From Gammaproteobacteria bacterium (lineage in GTDB: Bacteria; Pseudomonadota; Gammaproteobacteria; Pseudomonadales; PIVM01), in contig PIVM01000001.1 of assembly GCA_003353945.1 (NCBI GenBank), forward strand, positions 31,811 to 95,810: a stretch of 64,000 bases of DNA, written 5' to 3'. The notes beneath the pieces are model-generated. The model was not told the origin of the DNA. It saw only the letters and a list, made by a program, of their open reading frames with translations, and ran no database searches. Below are positions 57,215 to 64,000 of the stretch, in pieces (positions within the stretch are counted from its first letter, which is position 1; each line of letters opens with the position of its first letter). Position numbers and translations under genes: made by a program.

Positions 57215-58510
57215 TCAGTTATAGCTCTTTTTTTCTAAATGCGCGTAATAAAAACCATCGTGCCCTCCGGGCTGAGGGAGAAGCTGTCTGCCAAAACCTG
57301 TAGGTTCTCCCCACGCGGTATTAATTGCGCAGCTTATCGCATCTTTTGTCTGTGATAAAAATTGATCAATGACTGTTTCATTCTCTTGGGGAAGAATGCT
57401 GCAGGTGGCGTAAATTAAACGCCCCCCCGGGTTTAATGTTGGCCACAGCGCTGTGAGCAAATGAAGTTGTTGCGCGGCAAGCTTGCCAATATCATCTTTT
57501 CTGCGCAGTAGTTTTATATCCGGGTGTCGTCTGATAACACCTGTTGCAGAGCATGGTGCATCTAACAGAATGGCGTCAAAGGTTTGCCTATCCCACCAGC
57601 CCTCAATATTTCCAGCGTCGGCACAAATAACCGTGCAGTTTAATTCCAGACGTTGGAGATTTTCCTGAATTTGCTGACATCGTCCTTCGTCGTGATCGAG
57701 AGCCGTAAGCTGGCAATCCGGCGTTCTTTCCAGGATATGTGCCGTTTTGCCTCCAGGTGCAGCACAGGCATCCAGCACTTTTTGGCCGGATTGTACATTG
57801 ATCAAATCGGCCGCGAACTGTGCTGCTTCATCCTGAACGCTGATCCAGCCTTGGGCAAAGCCAGGTAACTGAGTGACATCTTTTGCTTTTGCTAGGACAA
57901 TACCGTCGCTGGCATAAGTGCAGCGGGATGCAGAAGAATCTTCTGTCAGATAACTGAGATAGTCCTCCCGACTTTGTTTTTGCGTATTGACCCGTAATAT
58001 GAAGGGTGGGTGTTGATTATTGGCTTCCACAATAGATTCAAATTGCCTGGGCCAGGCAAGCCGTAATTGTTCTGCCAACCATTGTGGGTGACTTTGAAGT
58101 TGCCAATCATGCAGCGATTGCAATAATTCTTCAGATCTGCGTTGATATTGCCTTAATACCCCGTTGACTAGTTTCTTAGCCCAGGACTTTTTCAAGGTAT
58201 CGCAGCAGGAAACACAGCTATCGATAGCGGCGTGGTCCGGTATGCGTAGGTAGCTCAGTTGATAACAGCCGATCAACATCAGCGCGTAAAGATCGGAGTC
58301 TTTTTGTCGTAATGGTTTGTTGAGTAACTGGTCTATACAGGCACTTAGACGTGGTTGGTATCGACAAACGCCATAGCACAACTCCTTTGTTAATGCGGTA
58401 CCACCAGTAGGTAAGTGCTTACTAGAAAGATAGCGGGAGTTGCTGAGAGAGGATTTGCCGCGCAGTATGTCTGCTAGACATTTCGCCGCAATAAGTCTTG
58501 AATCATCCAT
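57215..58510 (-). CDS. rsmB: 16S rRNA m5C967 methyltransferase
   Basis: NusB-like N-terminus, SVQD, LDACAAPGGKT, LDAPCSATG, YATCS, DGFYYA. Confidence 0.97.
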   Translation of the reverse strand: MDDSRLIAAKCLADILRGKSSLSNSRYLSSKHLPTGGTALTKELCYGVCRYQPRLSACIDQLLNKPLRQKDSDLYALMLIGCYQLSYLRIPDHAAIDSCVSCCDTLKKSWAKKLVNGVLRQYQRRSEELLQSLHDWQLQSHPQWLAEQLRLAWPRQFESIVEANNQHPPFILRVNTQKQSREDYLSYLTEDSSASRCTYASDGIVLAKAKDVTQLPGFAQGWISVQDEAAQFAADLINVQSGQKVLDACAAPGGKTAHILERTPDCQLTALDHDEGRCQQIQENLQRLELNCTVICADAGNIEGWWDRQTFDAILLDAPCSATGVIRRHPDIKLLRRKDDIGKLAAQQLHLLTALWPTLNPGGRLIYATCSILPQENETVIDQFLSQTKDAISCAINTAWGEPTGFGRQLLPQPGGHDGFYYAHLEKKSYN

Positions 58511-59525
58511 TATTAGTCATATCAGCTGTTGTAAAACAAGAGCCAACTGCAAACAGATCTTTGCGGGCATTTAGAATATCAGCGACCGCCAGCTGTTTGG
58601 CGCCGGGTAATTGTAATTGTTGCAAGTTTAATATGCCCTGCCCACAGTGTACCCGAATACCTGATTTTGTTGCGCTGAGTATAGTGCCGAAGGGTGAACT
58701 GGAATCGGCATCATCAGTTTTGTGGCCATCAGTATCAGCGCAATCGGTTTTTGCACAATTGGTTTCTGCACAGGCATCCCAGATTTTGATGCGCGTATCA
58801 TTGAGATGAGTGAAACAGACATTATTGGCATTAAAAGCACGTATTTTTCCTGCCAGTTCCACAGCAGCTTGCGACCAATCGATTTCTGCTTCCTGTTTCG
58901 TTAGCTTGTGAGCATAACAAGCAAGTTCATCCTTCTGTTTTTCCGGCGTGACAACACCTTGCTCAAATTGCTGTAATACTTCGATCAGCGCTTCACTGCC
59001 GATTTGCGCCAACTTTTCGCGAAGACTTTTCCCAGTCTCTTGCGCTGTTATCGTCAGTTCTTTTTTGTACAGCATATCACCGGTATCCAGGCCTTCATCC
59101 ATCTGCATGATGGTCACTCCGGTTTTATCGTCCCCTGCTTCGATCGCTCTTTCGACAGGCGCTGCTCCGCGCCATCGCGGTAGCAGTGATGCATGGACAT
59201 TGATGCAGCCATACTTGGGTAAGGATAAGACTGCAGCGGGTAATATCATGCCGTAAGCTGCGACAACCATCAGTTCGGCCTTGAATTCATTTAATTCGTC
59301 TTGAGCCGCCTTGTCTTTCAGGCTAATCGGCTGTAAAACAGGCAGATCATGTGCCATGGCCAGTTGTTTGACCGGTGGTGGGCTCAGCTTTTTCCCTCGC
59401 CCCGTTTTGCGGTCGGGCTGACAGTAAACGGCGGCAATATCAACCAAGGGACAGTCGAGCAGGGTTTTAAGCTGATGTGCAGCAAAATCCGGTGTGCCGG
59501 CAAAAATAATTCGCATGGGCGCCAT
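58503..59525 (-). CDS. fmt: Methionyl-tRNA formyltransferase
   Basis: FAGTPDFA, NVHASLLPRWRGAAP, MDEGLDTG. Confidence 0.98.
   Translation of the reverse strand: MAPMRIIFAGTPDFAAHQLKTLLDCPLVDIAAVYCQPDRKTGRGKKLSPPPVKQLAMAHDLPVLQPISLKDKAAQDELNEFKAELMVVAAYGMILPAAVLSLPKYGCINVHASLLPRWRGAAPVERAIEAGDDKTGVTIMQMDEGLDTGDMLYKKELTITAQETGKSLREKLAQIGSEALIEVLQQFEQGVVTPEKQKDELACYAHKLTKQEAEIDWSQAAVELAGKIRAFNANNVCFTHLNDTRIKIWDACAETNCAKTDCADTDGHKTDDADSSSPFGTILSATKSGIRVHCGQGILNLQQLQLPGAKQLAVADILNARKDLFAVGSCFTTADMTNNG
58698..58772 (-). repeat. In-frame 15-bp tandem repeat (5 degenerate units) in fmt
   Basis: Encodes CAETN-CAKTD-CADTD-GHKTD-DADSS. Confidence 0.75.
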
Positions 59526-59576
59526 AGTTTTTCAGTTAAATTTCGATTAGTTAAGCATTGATGATGAGAAACTGCA

Positions 59577-60083
59577 TTATGCCTGTTGTTTATGTTGCTT
59601 TTCGAGCTTTTTTCGGATTCTTTGTCGTTTGATAGGAGAAAGATAATCAATAAACAATCGGCCATTCAGATGATCGATCTCATGCTGAATACAAACGGCT
59701 AGTAAGCCTTCAGCTTCAAGCTCAAAACGTTCACCCTGCTTATTCAGTGCATTAACATGAATATGTGTTGGTCGAGTTACGGTCTCGTAAAACCCAGGGA
59801 CTGACAGGCAGCCTTCCTCATATTCCTTTTCTTCATCAGGCAGAATGTCAATTTGTGGATTGATTAACACCAGTGGTTGGTCTTTATCTTCTGAAATATC
59901 AATGACCACTACCTGCTTGTGCGTATTCACTTGGGTGGCTGCGAGTCCAATCCCCGGGGCGTTGTACATGGTTTCCAGCATATCGGCCACCAGAGTCTGG
60001 ATGCGCTCATCCACCTGGGTTACTGGATCGGCTTTGTTACGCAGGCGAGGGTCGGGGAATTCCAGAATGTCGAGAATAGCCAT
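59577..60083 (-). CDS. def: Peptide deformylase
   Basis: [19 protein letters not shown]. Confidence 0.99.
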   Translation of the reverse strand: MAILDILEFPDPRLRNKADPVTQVDERIQTLVADMLETMYNAPGIGLAATQVNTHKQVVVIDISEDKDQPLVLINPQIDILPDEEKEYEEGCLSVPGFYETVTRPTHIHVNALNKQGERFELEAEGLLAVCIQHEIDHLNGRLFIDYLSPIKRQRIRKKLEKQHKQQA

Positions 60084-60152
60084 TGTTCGAAGGAAAAGCT
60101 CCAGATAGATTCAAAAGATGAGGCTAACTTTATGATCAGTCGGCAATTAATT

Positions 60153-60168
60153 TGTGACATCAACCACA
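60153..60168. promoter_or_regulatory. CRP/Vfr-like site in the def-LysM intergenic region
   Basis: TGTGA-CATCAA-CCACA (9/10 to TGTGA-N6-TCACA); extended -10 TGCTATATT at 60185-60193. Confidence 0.45.
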
Positions 60169-60334
60169 ACCACCGACATTCGCGTGCTATATTATACAAA
60201 TTGACATCGATTAATGCTCTATATTTAAGGAACAATAACACGTTGGCGAATAACCACATTCCGAGCTTATGCTGCTTTGCGTCCCATGTCGTGAAGCCGG
60301 TATCAATTAGGCTGGTCAGTTCAAGGAACATACC

Positions 60335-61363
60335 ATGAAAAAGATATTATTAGGGTGCTTAGCCGGTTTGCTTTCACTTGCATCGTTGGCTGCCCAGGAT
60401 GTTGTGCTCAAAGACGGCCATCCCGAGCACTATCTCGTGGAGAAAGGGGATACCCTATGGGATATCTCGAATATGTTCCTGCGTGATCCCTGGTTATGGC
60501 CTGAAATTTGGCAGGTGAATCCGCAGATTGAAAATCCCCATCTTATTTTTCCGGGCGACCGCCTAAATCTGGTTTATTTTGAAGGTAGGCCCAAGATTGT
60601 GGTTCAACGTGGTGAGGGTAGTAGAACGGTTAAGTTGACACCACAAGTGCGAATTTCGCCGATTGATACGGCCATTCCAGCTATTCCTTTGGAAAAAATC
60701 AATGCGTTTCTCAGTCGCAGTCGCATTCTGGAAAAGGATGATCTTGCATCAGCACCCTATGTTTTGGCAGGGGCGGGTGGGCGCATTATTGCAGGGGCCG
60801 GAGATGAATTATATGCCCGCGGGGAATTCGTAAAAGACGAAGTCGTTTATGGTATCTACCGTCGAGGGCAGGTCTTTAGCGATCCTGATACGGAGGAGGT
60901 GCTTGGATTGCAGGCTATTGATATTGCTGCTGGAAAAGTGATCGCAATGGATAAAGATGTGGCTACCTTGGTGCTCAATCGCTCCAATGAAGAAGTGCGC
61001 GTCAATGATCGTTTACTGCCATTTCAGGAACGCAAAGTGACTGCGACATTTTATCCCAGTGCACCCAACTTGGATATTAACGGGACTATTGTTGCCGTTG
61101 AGGGTGGAGTCTCGCAGGTTGGCACAATGGATATCGTCGCATTGAACAAAGGTGAACGAAATGGACTGGAAGTGGGTCATGTGCTGGCCATCTACAAAAA
61201 AGGAGAGGTGGTACGCGATAAGGTGACCAGCGAGCTAGTGCAATTGCCCAGTGTTCGCGCCGGCATACTGATGGTTTTTCGCACGTTTAATAAAATGAGT
61301 TACGGGATTGTGTTGAATGCCAGTCAGCCGTTGGCTGTAATGGACCATGTACGCATTCCGTAG
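60335..61363 (+). CDS. LysM peptidoglycan-binding protein (TsaP-like)
   Basis: Signal peptide; YLVEKGDTLWDIS...PWLWPEIWQVNPQIENPHLIFPGD; between def and dprA. Confidence 0.88.
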   Translation: MKKILLGCLAGLLSLASLAAQDVVLKDGHPEHYLVEKGDTLWDISNMFLRDPWLWPEIWQVNPQIENPHLIFPGDRLNLVYFEGRPKIVVQRGEGSRTVKLTPQVRISPIDTAIPAIPLEKINAFLSRSRILEKDDLASAPYVLAGAGGRIIAGAGDELYARGEFVKDEVVYGIYRRGQVFSDPDTEEVLGLQAIDIAAGKVIAMDKDVATLVLNRSNEEVRVNDRLLPFQERKVTATFYPSAPNLDINGTIVAVEGGVSQVGTMDIVALNKGERNGLEVGHVLAIYKKGEVVRDKVTSELVQLPSVRAGILMVFRTFNKMSYGIVLNASQPLAVMDHVRIP

Positions 61364-61480
61364 AAACAGTATTGTTAAATTCCAATATAAAAAATTATCC
61401 AGATATGGTTGAGATAACGTGGTTCTGAGGTAATTACTACGCTCAAAAAAACTGCTCGAATTACAGGAGGTAATAGAGGC

Positions 61481-62638
61481 ATGGACTGCCAGAGTGAACT
61501 TTTCTGTTGGATATCTCTTCAACGATTGCCAGGCATCGGCCCTAAAGGGTTTCATAAACTACTCGATTATTTTGGTTCAGCAAAAAGCGCACTAAACGCC
61601 AATAGCGCGCAATTGCGGGATCTTGGGATTAAAGCAGAATCCATTGCATTACTGGCAGATCTTACGCGCAAGCAACAGTCCCCCCTGGCCAGGCAGGTAA
61701 ATGACGATCTACAGTGGTTGAAAACCCATTCGGCGACAGTGATTACTTACCATGATGAAGACTATCCGGCGCTGTTAAGAGAAACAGTCAACCCACCTCC
61801 CCTACTCTATGTGCTTGGCGACAAAGGCCTATTGAACTCACCTCAAGTTGCCATGGTAGGTGCGCGCAACGCCAGTCAAGGAGGATGTCGAACTGCCAAA
61901 GCGTTTGCGCAGGAGCTTTGCCGCAACGGTATTACGGTGACGAGCGGTATGGCATTGGGTATTGACGCAGCCAGTCATGAAGGTGCAATTCAAGCCGGTG
62001 GCAATACCGTAGCGGTTCTGGGGACAGGGGTTGATATTGTTTATCCGGCCCGACACTGCCATTTGGCGGAGCTGATTCTTGAGAATGGCGCTTTGGTATC
62101 TGAATTTCCTCTCGGATGCGGCCCGAAAAGAGACCACTTCCCAAGGCGAAACCGCATCATTAGTGGTTTAAGCATGGGTGTATTAGTTGTAGAGGCCGCC
62201 CGCCAAAGTGGTTCATTGATCACTGCCCAATATGCGTTGGAGCAGTCTCGGGAGGTGTTTGCGATACCCGGATCAATTCACAATCCGATGAGTCGAGGTT
62301 GCCATTCACTGATTCGCCAAGGGGCAAAGCTGGTTGAATCGGCATCCGATCTATTTGAGGAAATAGGAGGTCTTTATCAGACGTTCACGGAAACTTCATC
62401 TGATGATAATAGAAAGCGCATGTCATTATCGTCACAGGAGGAGCGTCTATTAGCCTGTATTGGGTATGAGCCAACAACAGTAGAGCAAATCGTTAACTGC
62501 TCAAAACTGGAGGTGGGTGTTGTATCTGCCGGCCTGATCAGTCTGGAATTGAAAGGCTTGGTGGAAAGCGGTGCCGGTGGTTACCAGGCCTTACCGCGTG
62601 ATGAAATTAACTTAAGCTTAGAAAATGTGTGTGTGTAA
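61481..62638 (+). CDS. dprA: DNA processing protein
   Basis: VGARNAS, SGMALGIDAASH, FPRRNRIISG, SGSLITA, C-terminal winged helix. Confidence 0.97.
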   Translation: MDCQSELFCWISLQRLPGIGPKGFHKLLDYFGSAKSALNANSAQLRDLGIKAESIALLADLTRKQQSPLARQVNDDLQWLKTHSATVITYHDEDYPALLRETVNPPPLLYVLGDKGLLNSPQVAMVGARNASQGGCRTAKAFAQELCRNGITVTSGMALGIDAASHEGAIQAGGNTVAVLGTGVDIVYPARHCHLAELILENGALVSEFPLGCGPKRDHFPRRNRIISGLSMGVLVVEAARQSGSLITAQYALEQSREVFAIPGSIHNPMSRGCHSLIRQGAKLVESASDLFEEIGGLYQTFTETSSDDNRKRMSLSSQEERLLACIGYEPTTVEQIVNCSKLEVGVVSAGLISLELKGLVESGAGGYQALPRDEINLSLENVCV

Positions 62639-62709
62639 ACTTGCGTCAAATAAGCCATTGCGGTAAGTTGCGCTCTCTTTTAAACGACCGTAAGCAAGGC
62701 CTAGTGGTT

Positions 62710-63216
62710 ATGAATAATATCTTTGTCTCCGTGTTAATGGGTTCAGATTCTGATCTGCCGGTGATGGAAGCGGCTATAGATGTATTGAAAAAATTTGATA
62801 TTCCCTGTGAAGTAAAAATAACCTCAGCGCACCGCACACCTCAGGTAACCCATGACTACGTGGTTGATGCCGACAAGCGTGGTTGCCGCGTGTTTATTGC
62901 CGCTGCGGGGATGGCTGCCCATTTGGCGGGTGCCGTAGCAGCTAACACCTTGCGACCGGTCATTGGCGTTCCGATCAATGCGTCTCTCGGCGGGTTGGAT
63001 GCACTGCTTTCCACAGCCCAGATGCCTGGCGGTATTCCAGTGGCGACAGTCGCGATTGGCAAAGCCGGAGCAAAAAATGCGGCTTATCTGGCAGCCCAGA
63101 TCCTGGCGACGAGTGATGAATCCCTGGCGGTACAGTTGGAAAATGAACGCCAAGCCAACGCCAACGCTGTTCTAGAAAAAGATCAGGCACTGCAAAAGAA
63201 GTTAGCGTCTGACTAA
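62710..63216 (+). CDS. purE: N5-CAIR mutase PurE
   Basis: [38 protein letters not shown]; ATG at 62710. Confidence 0.96.
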   Translation: MNNIFVSVLMGSDSDLPVMEAAIDVLKKFDIPCEVKITSAHRTPQVTHDYVVDADKRGCRVFIAAAGMAAHLAGAVAANTLRPVIGVPINASLGGLDALLSTAQMPGGIPVATVAIGKAGAKNAAYLAAQILATSDESLAVQLENERQANANAVLEKDQALQKKLASD

Positions 63217-63224
63217 ACGCCCTA

Positions 63225-63785
63225 ATGCCCTACTCTTTTCATATTCAGCAGGCTATTGGCAAGCTCCGCCAAGGCGGTGTCATCGCTTATCCTACCGAAG
63301 CAGTCTGGGGCTTGGGATGTGATCCGTTTAATGAGGTCGCAACTGATCGATTATTGGCATTGAAAAATCGGGATGTGTCTAAAGGATTGATTTTAGTGGC
63401 CAGTACCCTGGAGCAACTTAATCCCTTCTTCACTAAGCTTAAAGCCAGCCAAATCAATCAGTTACAGCAAGAGCAACCGGTGCCTACAACGTGGCTAATT
63501 CCTGATAATGGTCATGTGCCCCCCTGGATTCGTGGTGTGCATAATACAGTGGCCATCAGGATCTGTGCGCATCCGACGGTTCAGCAACTCTGTAATGCCT
63601 TTGGTGGTCCTATCGTGTCGACTTCAGCCAATTTGGAAGGCCGAGAACCCGCAAAAAACACCTTGCAATTAAAGCGGCATTTCGCGGCAGATATCGATTA
63701 TACGGTGCCTGGTGAATTAGGGGCTTATCAATCTCCTTCACAAATCAAAGACCTGATCAGTGGTAAAATATTTCGGGCCGGTTAA
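63225..63785 (+). CDS. tsaC: Threonylcarbamoyl-AMP synthase
   Basis: AYPTEAVWGLGCDP, KNRDVSKGLIL, STSAN. Confidence 0.95.
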   Translation: MPYSFHIQQAIGKLRQGGVIAYPTEAVWGLGCDPFNEVATDRLLALKNRDVSKGLILVASTLEQLNPFFTKLKASQINQLQQEQPVPTTWLIPDNGHVPPWIRGVHNTVAIRICAHPTVQQLCNAFGGPIVSTSANLEGREPAKNTLQLKRHFAADIDYTVPGELGAYQSPSQIKDLISGKIFRAG

Positions 63786-63821
63786 GTCTATTGTTACAAA
63801 TGCTACACCAAGGCAAAAACG

Positions 63822-64000
63822 ATGAGTGAACCTGATTCTGATGCGGTGGAACGTTATTTACTGGCTTTGCAACAAAATATCTGTCAAGAGCTCGAATCAC
63901 TTGAGCCAGAGGCTAGGTTTGAGCAAGAAGCCTGGCAACGTGAAGCAGGTGGCGGTGGTATCAGCCGTGTAATCAGTGAAGGGGACGTCTTTGAGAAAGG
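63822..64000 (+). CDS. hemF: Oxygen-dependent coproporphyrinogen III oxidase (partial, runs off right edge)
   Basis: Translated by hand: MSEPDSDAVERYLLALQQNICQELE...WQREAGGGGISRVISEGDVFEK; follows tsaC. Confidence 0.9.
   Translation, partial: MSEPDSDAVERYLLALQQNICQELESLEPEARFEQEAWQREAGGGGISRVISEGDVFEK

Overview
Replication-origin region of a Gammaproteobacterium (gene order and atp insertions suggest a marine Pseudomonadales/Cellvibrionales-type organism; taxonomy is inferred). 18-64 kb is mostly core genome: glmS-glmU, atpIBEFHAGDC, parAB, rsmG-mnmG, a DnaA-box/IHF/AT-rich origin region, mnmE-yidC-yidD-rnpA-rpmH, dnaA-dnaN-recF (two parS sites)-gyrB, an MMPL transporter, plsC-gmhB-glySQ, trkHA, rsmB-fmt-def, LysM/TsaP-dprA-purE-tsaC-hemF. 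The left 18 kb is a glycan/envelope region. Top finding: a four-gene cluster at 5.6-9.3 kb (GT4, class I methyltransferase, (alpha/alpha)6-barrel protein, Methyltransf_24 methyltransferase) that matches by motif recall the actinobacterial 3-O-methylmannose polysaccharide (MMP) pathway (ManT, putative 3-O-MT, MmpH, MeT1), with a KstR-like operator upstream. Second: a cobalamin-dependent radical SAM gene inside an hldE-GT9-GT9 heptose operon. Several MITE-like elements occur, one nested and one probably in the glyQ leader. All calls come from motif recognition; no searches were run.
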